Source: Candidatus Hadarchaeota archaeon (lineage in GTDB: Archaea; Hadarchaeota; Hadarchaeia; Hadarchaeales; Hadarchaeaceae). From it: a stretch of 64,000 bases of DNA. The notes under the pieces were generated by a model, which had not been told where the DNA came from, searched no databases, and was given only the letters and a program-made list of their open reading frames with translations. The stretch covers positions 49,683-113,682 of the forward strand of contig CAYFIY010000001.1 of NCBI GenBank assembly GCA_964343275.1, in the 5' to 3' direction. Below are positions 48,645 through 58,244 of this stretch, in pieces. Position 1 is the stretch's first letter. Each line of letters starts with the position of its first letter. A program made the position numbers and the translations under genes.

Positions 48645-49544
48645 TTGAACAAATGGGTTGCCTATCTAAACGGGGAATTTATTCCAGAAGATGAAACAAA
48701 GATTTCTATTTTTGATCGTGGTTGGCTTTATGGCGACGGCTGTTTTGAAACTCTCCGTGTTTTTAAAAGAAAGGTGTGTGAACTCGGTGAGCATATTGAC
48801 AGGTTGTTTAAGTCTCTCAACGCGCTCAAGTTCCATACATTTCAAATGACAAAAGAAGAGGTGGAAAAAGCAGTTTTGGAGACCTGCAGACGGAATAAGG
48901 TCAAGGATGCATTTTTAAGGATCAATGTTTCGAGGGGGATTAGCAAATATCCTTTATTAGATGTCAGAGTGGCAGAAACACCAACGATAGCAATATTCCT
49001 TCGGGAAGTAGAGCCACCGCCCAAGATGAAAAGGACATATAGATCTGAAAAAGGTGTGGGACTCAGAGTGATTACTTCACGGATGAGGAAGATACCATCG
49101 ATCAGTATTGATGCTAGGATCAAATCATTGAACTATCTAAATTCTGTTCTAGCTATACAAGAGGCTCTCGAAATGAACAAGGACGACGCCATCATGGTGT
49201 CTATCGATGGTTATGTTACTGAGATGACGGGATCTAATATATTGATGGTTAAAAATAATAATATATACACACCACCTCCTGCAAACATGTTGATAGGAAT
49301 TACTCGTCAAATCATTATTGAACTAGCCAAGGTGGACGGATATAAAGCAGAGGAGAAACGTCTAACCCCTTATGATTTCCACACAGCTGATGAAGTCTTC
49401 GTTACTAGTAGTGGATCTGGTCTGCGGCCAGTAATCGAAATTGATAATGTAATAATCGGTACAGGTGAACCGGGTCCAATTACATTAAAACTTCAAGGAC
49501 TGTTCGTAAACTATCGCGAGAAAACTGGAACACCCTACGAATAA
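48645..49544 (+). CDS. ilvE: branched-chain amino acid aminotransferase (fold type IV)
   Basis: FDRGWLYGDGCFETLRV N-terminus; about 300 aa class IV aminotransferase. Confidence 0.85.
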   Translation: MNKWVAYLNGEFIPEDETKISIFDRGWLYGDGCFETLRVFKRKVCELGEHIDRLFKSLNALKFHTFQMTKEEVEKAVLETCRRNKVKDAFLRINVSRGISKYPLLDVRVAETPTIAIFLREVEPPPKMKRTYRSEKGVGLRVITSRMRKIPSISIDARIKSLNYLNSVLAIQEALEMNKDDAIMVSIDGYVTEMTGSNILMVKNNNIYTPPPANMLIGITRQIIIELAKVDGYKAEEKRLTPYDFHTADEVFVTSSGSGLRPVIEIDNVIIGTGEPGPITLKLQGLFVNYREKTGTPYE

Positions 49545-49616
49545 ACTAATTAGATAAATAATTATTTTGCTCCGAGATAATATTTTCTGATTTCGATTGT
49601 TTATTTGAAATTAATT

Positions 49617-50321
49617 TTATTGTTGTAAGGTTTTGGCTAGTTGTTCTTTTAGTACTTGCACCCTGTGCTCAAGTGAGAATATGAAGCCCGAGTTGTCATA
49701 GTGCTCTAGCTTCCCACTACATTTGATGCACTTAAAATCATTTTCAGCGGCAACGTCGAAAGCCACTTTTGGGCATCTGCTATTGCAGATGAAGAACATC
49801 GAGTCTTTTTCCCTTTCTAGCTGCTCTTCGAGCTTTTGTAGCAGAAGTCGGCGGTTTGCATTGACATTATCGAATGCGCGATTTGGTTCCACCTTCCAAT
49901 AGTAAATATACCATCCGCTGCTCTCGTCGCGGACTCTACGGTAACTGACTACTCGGTTATCATAGAGGTCGTATAGTATCCTTCGTACAAGGTTAAGCCG
50001 CATATCGGTTTTCTTCGCGATTTCATCGTCCGTCAGTTCTTCGTTTAAAATCGTCTTGGCAACTGTATATCCGTGCTCACCAGCAGTTTGTTTTAAACAT
50101 TCGACGACGGTGGGATTATCGAGGGGAATCGGAGTTGGTTTGGGCGCTTCAATAACTTTCTTTCTTTGTGGTTTTTTTCTCACGCTTTTGGTCACTTTTT
50201 TAGCCACTCTTTTGGTCACTTTTTTAGCCACTCTTTTGGTCACTTTTTTAGCCACTTGCTCAACTGTTTTTTTCTTGATAGATTTTTTAGTGGACATTAA
50301 AATCATCGGCAAATTACTCAA
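49617..50321 (-). CDS. tfe: transcription factor E (TFE-alpha; TFIIE-alpha homolog) with repeat-containing lysine-rich N-terminal extension
   Basis: Winged helix (IAKKTDMRLNLVRRILYDLYDNRVV) plus Zn ribbon FICNSRCPKVAFDVAAENDFKCIKCSG; N-terminus carries VAKKVTKR x3. Confidence 0.8.
   Translation of the reverse strand: MSNLPMILMSTKKSIKKKTVEQVAKKVTKRVAKKVTKRVAKKVTKSVRKKPQRKKVIEAPKPTPIPLDNPTVVECLKQTAGEHGYTVAKTILNEELTDDEIAKKTDMRLNLVRRILYDLYDNRVVSYRRVRDESSGWYIYYWKVEPNRAFDNVNANRRLLLQKLEEQLEREKDSMFFICNSRCPKVAFDVAAENDFKCIKCSGKLEHYDNSGFIFSLEHRVQVLKEQLAKTLQQ
50185..50256. repeat. perfect tandem repeat, 3 x 24 bp (CTTTTGGTCACTTTTTTAGCCACT), inside the tfe 5' coding region
   Basis: Identical units seen directly in the sequence; encodes (VAKKVTKR)3 on the minus strand. 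Confidence 0.9.
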
Positions 50322-50373
50322 GTTATTAGTTTATTTTTTCCTTGTAAATAAAATTATCGTGTCATGAAAATTA

Positions 50374-50976
50374 TTAGGGAAGTTTATCAAGGTCTTTTTC
50401 TACTTTTTTCCATTTTTTCGTAGGTATCACCTTTAATTTTCCGTTTTTGAACTCCTTTTTCAATTCAGAACCCTGAAAAGCTCTATCAAAGAAAACTGCA
50501 AGTGCAGCTACTTCTGAATGTGGTTGGTTCCCCACTGAGACATTTAAATCAGCGGTTTCAAAAATCTCTATCGGCATCTTTTTCGCTCCAACGACTATGA
50601 GGAGGTCTCTATCATCCAACTCTTTTAGCGCGTCGTCTAGGGGCAGGCCGTACATTGTCAGGTGGACTATCAAGCCTCCTTTTGCCCTCCATCTCGATAT
50701 CGTTTCTCTCCAAGGCTTGCCTGACGTGACAAAAAATTGACCTCCCCAAAGATCGACAATCTTCTGAATACCATCCTCAATTCCTTTGTCCTTCAAATCT
50801 GCTAAGAACATCCCGTCCGCACCGAAGGCCCTAGCTACTAGCCCCACATGTGTGGTCACACGTTTATCTCGAAATAGCCTGTGGCCCATGCGCAAGACAG
50901 CTATTTTTGGCATTTGATCAGTCAATATTGTGATGAATCCGCATAGCTTAAAAATTAACCATTCACTTAAACGCAA
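50374..50976 (-). CDS. trm56: tRNA (cytidine56-2'-O)-methyltransferase aTrm56 (SPOUT)
   Basis: KIAVLRMGHRLFRDKRVTTHVGLVARAFGADGM signature; likely start at MPKIAV. Confidence 0.8.
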   Translation of the reverse strand: MRLSEWLIFKLCGFITILTDQMPKIAVLRMGHRLFRDKRVTTHVGLVARAFGADGMFLADLKDKGIEDGIQKIVDLWGGQFFVTSGKPWRETISRWRAKGGLIVHLTMYGLPLDDALKELDDRDLLIVVGAKKMPIEIFETADLNVSVGNQPHSEVAALAVFFDRAFQGSELKKEFKNGKLKVIPTKKWKKVEKDLDKLP

Positions 50977-51063
50977 CTTCTCACAAGTAGAAACTCATAA
51001 TGAAAATAGTTCCCTTTTTTCACGAATTTAGTATCTTAAAATGGATTGAAGCTAAAAAAGGAC

Positions 51064-52110
51064 CTAAGTGTTTGTTCGTATTACTTCTAGGAGTGCATTT
51101 AAATTCTCCCCCCTTGCCGCGGAAATTGGAACCACCGTGGAAGTTAGATTGTGAATTACTTCCTCTTTTTGTTCCAATTCTTCTTTTGTTATCAAGTCCA
51201 CCTTGTTGAGCGCAGTGATCACTTTTACAGGGTACCTCGCAAGTACTTTTATAGAGGTTCTAAGCTTGCGGATTAGCTCGGGAACTTCGTCCGAGGCATC
51301 AACCACCAGCAATACTAAATCTGCTAGGTATATTTCCTCAAGTGTTGCCTTAAATGCCTCGATCATCCATGGGGGCAGATCATCGATGAACCCGACTGTG
51401 TCGGTCAAGAGGATTTTTCTACTTGCTCGTATGCTGCGGGTTCTAGGGGTCAAGGTTGTGAAATACATATCGTCTATCTCAGCGGTCGCAGCCGTTAGGG
51501 AGTTAAGCAGGGTGGTTTTTCCCGAATTCGTGTAGCCAGCCAATGCAATTAGTTTGAATCCTCGCCTGCGCCTGAGCTTTCGACGTTGTTCTCTGCTCTT
51601 TTCCACTGACCTTAACTTACGCCGGAGAGTTGCCATTTTGCGCTTAACCATATCAAAGCGGACGTTGACCTCATACTCACCGCCACCCATTAATCCTGGT
51701 TGTTCGACGGAAAGGAGATTTCGGATATGTGCTCGAATTCTTGGTAGCTCGTAATTTAACCTCGCGTACTCTATTTGGAGTTTAGCCTCGGGTGAACCAG
51801 CGCGCATGGCAAAGATTTCAAGCACGATTTGGAACTTGTCCACAACTTCTACGCCGACCATATGTGAGAGCTTGAAAGCTTGGGAAGGTGTCAAGTGGTT
51901 GCCGAATATTACTCTCTCCGCGTTAGTGGATTTCACCAGCTCGGCCAATTCCTGGGCTTTGCCTCTACCTATCTGGTATGCCGGATCCTGGTATCGGAAC
52001 TGCTGAAGGGTTGCAGCCACCTCAAAGTTTAGAGTCCGCGCTAGGGCAGCCATTTCTTTTAGACCGGATTGCTCACTAGGAGATCGTCGTTCTACGAGTA
52101 CTACACGCAT
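51064..52110 (-). CDS. hflX: GTPase HflX
   Basis: HflX N-domain then GYTNSGKTTLLN (G1), DTVGF (G3), NKVD (G4). Confidence 0.85.
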   Translation of the reverse strand: MRVVLVERRSPSEQSGLKEMAALARTLNFEVAATLQQFRYQDPAYQIGRGKAQELAELVKSTNAERVIFGNHLTPSQAFKLSHMVGVEVVDKFQIVLEIFAMRAGSPEAKLQIEYARLNYELPRIRAHIRNLLSVEQPGLMGGGEYEVNVRFDMVKRKMATLRRKLRSVEKSREQRRKLRRRRGFKLIALAGYTNSGKTTLLNSLTAATAEIDDMYFTTLTPRTRSIRASRKILLTDTVGFIDDLPPWMIEAFKATLEEIYLADLVLLVVDASDEVPELIRKLRTSIKVLARYPVKVITALNKVDLITKEELEQKEEVIHNLTSTVVPISAARGENLNALLEVIRTNT

Positions 52111-52866
52111 ATTAACTAATTAAATTGTGATTTTAGAATCAAAAAAATAGTAGGTAGTCTAAATTGATGGCATCTATATTTAAGGAGGCCGACTTGTCGC
52201 CTATTTGAAGTCCAGATGTTCCCAATCATTGAAAAGACCACCCTTGGAGTCATCGAAAAAATCACCCTCCCCTCAAAGAAGGTGGCATCGTAGTTCATCA
52301 CGCTCCTGTATCTATCAAATGTGTATTTTTTTAGAGTCGATTCCGTAGAAAATGAGATTGTCTAATCCGAGCGAGTGTCAGAGATCATGCATGAAAGCAG
52401 AACCCAAAGAGGGTCATGAGGGTCAATTTTCTGACACTGAAAGAATTACTGTAATCAAAGCCACTAACTTCTTCTTCCTATTCCACGTATGTAGCAGTAC
52501 CGGGTATCAAGCACCAATACAAAAATACCTATCTAGAATCCGTGGAATACTTGTTCTTGAAATCAAAAAAGTCACCCAAGGGTCCATTTCTGTTGTCGTA
52601 GATTGTATCTAAACTTTCTTAGGTTCTCTATCCACTGTAGAGCTCACTCTGGTCGATGTGTAAAGCCACGCGATGTTTGGTGGGAGTATGGTTAAATTTT
52701 TTTTAGCGTATCTCCTAAAGGTTTTCGTACTATGCGTTAGATCTACCTCAACAAAGACGTCTTTTACTAACGGGTTTGATCCGATCTAATTATTCTTGAT
52801 CCGAAATCATTTTTTCTAAATGAAAGTTTATTAGGCCACTTCCCGAGAATATTAACGGGGTATATA

Positions 52867-54084
52867 ATGACGGGGTCTACTAAACCAAAAGAGGGCTCTT
52901 ATAACGAGTCTTACGTTGCAGAGTATATACAAGGTCTAGAACGTCGTGTTCGTGATCTAGAACACGAAAAGAGGACTGCAGAAGGTCAATACCTCAAAAT
53001 AGACAGAGAGCTACAGAGCTTGCGCGCAGAATTAGACCGCATGAAATCCCCCCCCCTCGTCGCCGCTACTTTGATAAACTTGCTCGATGATGGCCGGGCT
53101 ATAGTCCGCAGTAGCGCCGGGCCACACTTCGTAGTTACGGTTTCACAGTTCATCAAACCCGATGATTTTAAGCCGGGCGTAAGGGTAGCTCTTAATCAGC
53201 GTAATCTTAACATCATGGAAATTCTACCATCCAAGCGAGATCCATTAGTTCTTGGTATGGAGATCGATGAAGCTCCTAATGTCAGTTATTCCTTCGTTGG
53301 TGGGCTTCTGGAGCAGATTAGGGAGATCCGCGAGACGGTAGAGTTACCATTGACTAGGAAAGGTCTCTTCGTTAAGGTTGGAATAGACCCGCCCAAGGGA
53401 GTCTTGCTTTACGGTCCGTCTGGAACCGGTAAGACCTTGTTGGCTAGGGCCGTGGCCCATGAGACAAAAGCGGTATTCATTAGGGTGGTGGGTTCAGAAC
53501 TCGTTCATAAATATATAGGCGAAGGAGCTCGGGTTGTCAGGGAACTGTTCGATTTGGCCCGAGAGAAGTCCCCATCGATTGTTTTCATAGATGAGCTCGA
53601 TGGTATTGGTGCCCGCCGGATGGATACTTCAACCAGCGGGGACAGGGAGGTTCACCGCACCCTGATGCAGCTTTTGGCCCAGATAGATGGATTTGACTCC
53701 CGGGGTGATGTAAGGATCATAGGAGCCACCAACCGTCCGGACATACTCGACCCAGCCCTACTTCGTCCAGGCCGATTTGACAGATTGATATACTTCTCTC
53801 TACCGAACCAGTCTGCCAGAAATTCGATATTCAAGATTCACACGGCTAAGATGAACCTATCAAAACATGTTGAACTTCAGTCCCTGTCTAGATTGGCAGA
53901 AAAAGCGACTGGGGCAGATATAAAAGCGATTTGTACTGAGGCGGGGATGTTTGCGATAAGAGAAGGACGTAATCAGGTGATGCAATCAGATTTCAACGCG
54001 GCGGTGGCGAAGGTTTTGCCGCCGAGCAGAATGCCAGAGGTTGCCGAGTTTTCAACAAAGCCAGAGAAGATGTACGGATACTAA
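52867..54084 (+). CDS. pan: proteasome-activating nucleotidase PAN
   Basis: N-terminal coiled coil, OB domain, GPSGTGKT Walker A, AAA second region of homology; 405 aa. Confidence 0.9.
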   Translation: MTGSTKPKEGSYNESYVAEYIQGLERRVRDLEHEKRTAEGQYLKIDRELQSLRAELDRMKSPPLVAATLINLLDDGRAIVRSSAGPHFVVTVSQFIKPDDFKPGVRVALNQRNLNIMEILPSKRDPLVLGMEIDEAPNVSYSFVGGLLEQIREIRETVELPLTRKGLFVKVGIDPPKGVLLYGPSGTGKTLLARAVAHETKAVFIRVVGSELVHKYIGEGARVVRELFDLAREKSPSIVFIDELDGIGARRMDTSTSGDREVHRTLMQLLAQIDGFDSRGDVRIIGATNRPDILDPALLRPGRFDRLIYFSLPNQSARNSIFKIHTAKMNLSKHVELQSLSRLAEKATGADIKAICTEAGMFAIREGRNQVMQSDFNAAVAKVLPPSRMPEVAEFSTKPEKMYGY

Positions 54085-55475
54085 TGTTTTTGTCTTCTAC
54101 CTTTTTCCCCTAATTTGATTTTTGCCAATAGTAGTTTGGTGACAGCCCTTGGATTTGCTCGTCCCTTTGTGATCCTGATGACCTTTCCGGTCAAGTAATT
54201 CATGGCTTCCTTTCTCCCGTGGTTATAGTCCTCAACTGCCTTGGGGTTGTCTTTAATTACCTTGGTTATAGCCGCTCTTAGTTCTGATTGATTGAGAGGG
54301 CTGATCCCGATTTTTAGCAAAATTTCCTCTGGCTCGGATGGCTCTTTTGCGAGCTCACGGAGCAAGATTTCTCCCTGTTCAGGAGTCACCCGTTTTTTCT
54401 TGACCATGCGGAGCAGTCCAGACAGCTGGGCCGGAGTGAACTTGATATCCGCAGCACGTAGCTTCATGTAATTCATAACTTTCTTCAACTTGGTTCTAAA
54501 CCATGTGGCGGTTAGATCAGGGTCGACTTCTTCTGCCACCGCTTCGAATAGATCGGCTAGCTCCCGCTCGCTGACAATGACTTCAGCGGAAGCACGGGAT
54601 ATCCGGTACTTTTCGATTAGACGCTGTTCTCTCAAGTGTGGTGGTTCAGCCATTTTGGATAGTGCAGTTTCTACTCTTCCCTTGTCCAAGGTTAGTGGAA
54701 AAATATCCGGGTCGGGAATGTATCGGTAATCCTCCTCAATCTCCTTGGTCCTCATGGGAACTGTGATCATCTGGCTTTCAAGAAACGCACGAGTTTCCCT
54801 AGCTACCGTCTCGCCACGCTTCATCTTCTCCTTCTGGCGGATTATTTCGTACTTCAGCGCCCGGTAGGCACCTTTTACCGAGTTTACGTTTTTAACCTCA
54901 ACTCTACCTCCTCCCTCAATTGAGACATTAACGTCGGCTCGCATCGCACCTCCCGCCTCGGGTCTAACTTTTCCCGTGTATTCCAAAACCATGGTGAGCA
55001 TACGAAGGAAATTTCTAGCCTCCTCTGGAGACTTCATATCCGGCTCGGTCACGATCTCGACTAAGGGCACGCCGGATCGGTTGTAGTCCACCGTACCTGC
55101 TACTGGGTCGTATTGTCCTGGGTCCTCCTCTAGGTGTAGCTCCCGTATCTTAACTCCCAGCAGCATCCCGTCTCGCGCGATGGGTAAGCTCGTTCTCTGA
55201 TACCCTGAAGGAAGATCCGGATAGTCATAATGTTTACGCTGGATATAGATTGTCTGGTCGGTGATGATTTTGCAACCGAGCATGAGTGCCATTTCGACCG
55301 CTGCCTCAACAGCTCGTTCATTCGGGGGGAGCGGCTTCGCCCCTGGAATCCCTGTGCAAATTGGACAGACATTGGTGTTGGGAGGAACATCTTGGTAGTT
55401 GGTCGAAGAATTGCAGTACATCTTGCGTTCGGTAGCTATTTGCTGATGAATCTCGAACCCTATTTTGATGTTCAT
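54081..55475 (-). CDS. gatB: aspartyl/glutamyl-tRNA(Asn/Gln) amidotransferase subunit B
   Basis: IGFEIHQQI..., CPICTGIPG motif, C-terminal YqeY-like domain. Confidence 0.88.
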   Translation of the reverse strand: MNIKIGFEIHQQIATERKMYCNSSTNYQDVPPNTNVCPICTGIPGAKPLPPNERAVEAAVEMALMLGCKIITDQTIYIQRKHYDYPDLPSGYQRTSLPIARDGMLLGVKIRELHLEEDPGQYDPVAGTVDYNRSGVPLVEIVTEPDMKSPEEARNFLRMLTMVLEYTGKVRPEAGGAMRADVNVSIEGGGRVEVKNVNSVKGAYRALKYEIIRQKEKMKRGETVARETRAFLESQMITVPMRTKEIEEDYRYIPDPDIFPLTLDKGRVETALSKMAEPPHLREQRLIEKYRISRASAEVIVSERELADLFEAVAEEVDPDLTATWFRTKLKKVMNYMKLRAADIKFTPAQLSGLLRMVKKKRVTPEQGEILLRELAKEPSEPEEILLKIGISPLNQSELRAAITKVIKDNPKAVEDYNHGRKEAMNYLTGKVIRITKGRANPRAVTKLLLAKIKLGEKGRRQKH

Positions 55476-56845
55476 CTGGTGGTCTCCAAAGCGTGCATCA
55501 CACGGAGTATTTCAAGTTCCCCAATAATCTTTCCTTGGACTTGAAGTCCTACTGGGATGCCATTGACTTCGCCCGCCTTTATCACCCCTGCACAGGTGCC
55601 AGCCAAGTTGGATGGTATGGTGAGGTAGTCATAAGCATACATTTCCATAGGTGTGAGTTTGGTTCTAATCTTGTGAGGCAGTTTTGGGACGGTTGGACCG
55701 ACTATGGCGTCAACGTGTTCCAGCGCCGTCATCAGCTCTTTGCGTATAAGTGTCCTGACTTGTAGGGCTTTTTGGTAAAATTTTCCCCAGTACTCCTTCT
55801 GGCTGATGTATCGCCCCCTTAGAATTCTTCGTAGTACCTCTTTACCGCAAGCGTCTTCGATGCGCTTTCCATACTTACGCCCGTCGAACTTTCTGGTCCC
55901 TGAGAAGAACTCAACGGAAACGATGAGATAGTATGCAAATAAACCGCGCTCGAGATTAGGAAGGCCTACTTCAACAACTTCGACTCCCAGATCCTTTAGT
56001 TTTTCAATTTCCTTGTCGATTACTTGCATTACCGACGAGTCTGTAAGTTCCACGAACTTGGGACTGACCCCGACTCTCATGCCTTTAAGCTCGCTACCAT
56101 CTAATTTCTCGGAGTAGTTTACCTTGGCAACATCAAGCATCACACACTCGTTCTGAGTTTTGCCTGCAATGGTTTCTAGCAAGAGGGCAGCTCCGACAAC
56201 ATCGGGCGCAAGTGGCCCTACTTGGTCCAAGCTCATCCCTAAATCGATTAACCCTTGCCTTGGTACTAACCCATAGGTAGGCTTGAGACCCACAACGCCA
56301 CAGTGGCTTGCTGGGTTTCTAATCGAGCCTCCCGTATCGCTTCCCAAACACATGTCGCATAACCCCGCCGCGACCGCTGCTCCGGACCCGCTACTTGATC
56401 CCCCAGGGATGCGGCCAGAGGCCGCAGGATTATCCGTGGGTCCGAAGGCGCTGGTCTCGCCACTCGAACCACACGCGAATTCGTCCATGTTATTCATCCC
56501 TATGATAATCCCCCCCTCCGCACGAACCCGCCTTACTACATCTGCGTCATATGTGGACACGTAATCATCCAAGGTGCGGGAGGCGCAGGTGGCCCTGAGT
56601 CCTTTGACGTTGATATTCGATTTTATCCCGATTACGAGCCCAGCCAGCTTCCCGACGGGTTCACCCCTTTTAATCTTAACATCTATATCTTCGGCATCGA
56701 CCATGGCGTTGGGGTTGAGTTCGATAAATGATTTGATCTTCTTATCTCGCTTTCCGATAAGCGCAAGAGAAGCCTCTACGTTTTCGGAGGCAGAGAGCTC
56801 TCCACTCCTAATCGCTGCTAGTTTGTCTACCGTTCTCTGAACCAT
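55472..56845 (-). CDS. gatA: aspartyl/glutamyl-tRNA(Asn/Gln) amidotransferase subunit A (amidase signature family)
   Basis: GGSSSGSGAAVAAGL amidase signature; overlaps gatB and gatC. Confidence 0.88.
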   Translation of the reverse strand: MVQRTVDKLAAIRSGELSASENVEASLALIGKRDKKIKSFIELNPNAMVDAEDIDVKIKRGEPVGKLAGLVIGIKSNINVKGLRATCASRTLDDYVSTYDADVVRRVRAEGGIIIGMNNMDEFACGSSGETSAFGPTDNPAASGRIPGGSSSGSGAAVAAGLCDMCLGSDTGGSIRNPASHCGVVGLKPTYGLVPRQGLIDLGMSLDQVGPLAPDVVGAALLLETIAGKTQNECVMLDVAKVNYSEKLDGSELKGMRVGVSPKFVELTDSSVMQVIDKEIEKLKDLGVEVVEVGLPNLERGLFAYYLIVSVEFFSGTRKFDGRKYGKRIEDACGKEVLRRILRGRYISQKEYWGKFYQKALQVRTLIRKELMTALEHVDAIVGPTVPKLPHKIRTKLTPMEMYAYDYLTIPSNLAGTCAGVIKAGEVNGIPVGLQVQGKIIGELEILRVMHALETTR

Positions 56846-57087
56846 TTGGCTACCTCCACCTTGAGGCTGCCCTTTTCGTCGGAGCTGGGCATGTTGGAGA
56901 TGAACCTCTCCCTGAATTCTAACTGCTTTGTTTCAGAAGTTGGTGCACCATCTGAGCGGACGATATTGTAGGCTTCTTGGCTGTAGTATGCTTCTTTTTG
57001 TTCGGGGAGGTTTTCCACTGATTTTATGAAGGATTTCACAATTTCCTCCGCGCTCCGCTCAATATCCTCAACTTTTTCGACCATCAC
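56827..57087 (-). CDS. gatC: aspartyl/glutamyl-tRNA amidotransferase subunit C (tentative)
   Basis: 86-aa acidic protein immediately upstream of and overlapping gatA (gatCAB order). Confidence 0.5.
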   Translation of the reverse strand: MMVEKVEDIERSAEEIVKSFIKSVENLPEQKEAYYSQEAYNIVRSDGAPTSETKQLEFRERFISNMPSSDEKGSLKVEVAKWFRER

Positions 57088-57214
57088 ACCCCACTTGATA
57101 TCTCCACCGTTATATGAAAAGGTTAGTAATCAAATTTGGGCAACCCAGAAGAGCTTTGTAATATGTATTGAATGTGTTTAAGGTCAAAAAGAAAATTATA
57201 ATTAATGATGAGGC

Positions 57215-58243
57215 ATGAAAAAGATCGCTAAATTTTGGGAGAAGCTGCCGAACGGGAGAGTCCAATGCTTCCTTTGTCCATGGAAGTGCGTGATAGCTTC
57301 AGGCAGATTGGGCGTGTGTAGGTCTAGAAAGAACGAAGACGGAAAGCTTCAAACTTTGGTCTACGGATCGATTGTTTCCATGGCTACCGACCCGATTGAA
57401 AAAAAGCCACTCTACCACTTCTGGCCTGGCACCGATGCCTTTTCTATAGCCGCCCCTGGATGTAACCTCAAATGTTTGCACTGTCAAAATTGGGCTATAT
57501 CTCAAGTGAACGTTGAGGAGATTCCACACGAGAACGTTGCACCAGAGCGAATAATTGAGCTTGCCAAGCGCTATAATTGCCAAGGAATCGCCCACACATA
57601 CAGTGAACCTACTATTTGGACGGAATATATGATGGACGTGGGAAAACTTGCCCATCAGGAAGGATTGTATAACGTTTACGTGACCAACGGTTACACTAGT
57701 TTACGGGCTCTGGAGGAAATTGGACCTTATCTTAACGCTTCAAATGTAGACGTCAAGGCCTTTACCGACAGCTTCTACCAGAAGATATGCGGCGTGCGTA
57801 GCATTCGTCCAACTCTTGAAACCTGCGAATGGTTGGTTGAGCATGGTAAGCATCTAGAGGTGACCTACCTGATTATCCCTAGAAAGAACGACTCAAGCGA
57901 TGAGATAAGGAACTTCACTCGCTGGGTTGTTAATGAGCTAAACACAGAAGTTCCGGTTCACTTCAGCCGGTTTTACCCGCAATATAAAATGGGAGATAGA
58001 GGAGCTACACCTGTGGAGACTCTAGAGCGTGCTGTGGGAATCGCGAAGGGGGAGGGAGTTCGCTATGTGTACATCGGAAATGCCACAGGACACAAAGGGG
58101 ACAGTACATACTGCCATAGCTGCGGGGAATTACTAATCGAGCGTTACGGGTTTGAAATTAGTCAATATACTCTCAAAGATAATAAGTGTCCTAAATGTGC
58201 TACAAAAATTAATATAGTTGGAAAATATGTCTCGAAGAAATAG
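57215..58243 (+). CDS. AmmeMemoRadiSam-system radical SAM enzyme (PflA-like activase family)
   Basis: CFLCPWKCVIASGRLGVCRSRKNEDGKL N-terminal motif, CNLKCLHCQN radical SAM CX3CX2C, C-terminal Cys cluster. Confidence 0.75.
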   Translation: MKKIAKFWEKLPNGRVQCFLCPWKCVIASGRLGVCRSRKNEDGKLQTLVYGSIVSMATDPIEKKPLYHFWPGTDAFSIAAPGCNLKCLHCQNWAISQVNVEEIPHENVAPERIIELAKRYNCQGIAHTYSEPTIWTEYMMDVGKLAHQEGLYNVYVTNGYTSLRALEEIGPYLNASNVDVKAFTDSFYQKICGVRSIRPTLETCEWLVEHGKHLEVTYLIIPRKNDSSDEIRNFTRWVVNELNTEVPVHFSRFYPQYKMGDRGATPVETLERAVGIAKGEGVRYVYIGNATGHKGDSTYCHSCGELLIERYGFEISQYTLKDNKCPKCATKINIVGKYVSKK

Positions 58244-58244
58244 T

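Noticed and set aside
52867-54084. PAN C-terminus (…KMYGY) and Cdc48 C-terminus (…GMHY) not matching a strict Hb-Y-X proteasome-docking motif
   Set aside because: Tyr is terminal, not penultimate. Without alignment to relatives, and knowing that terminal variations occur, this is not enough to claim altered proteasome docking
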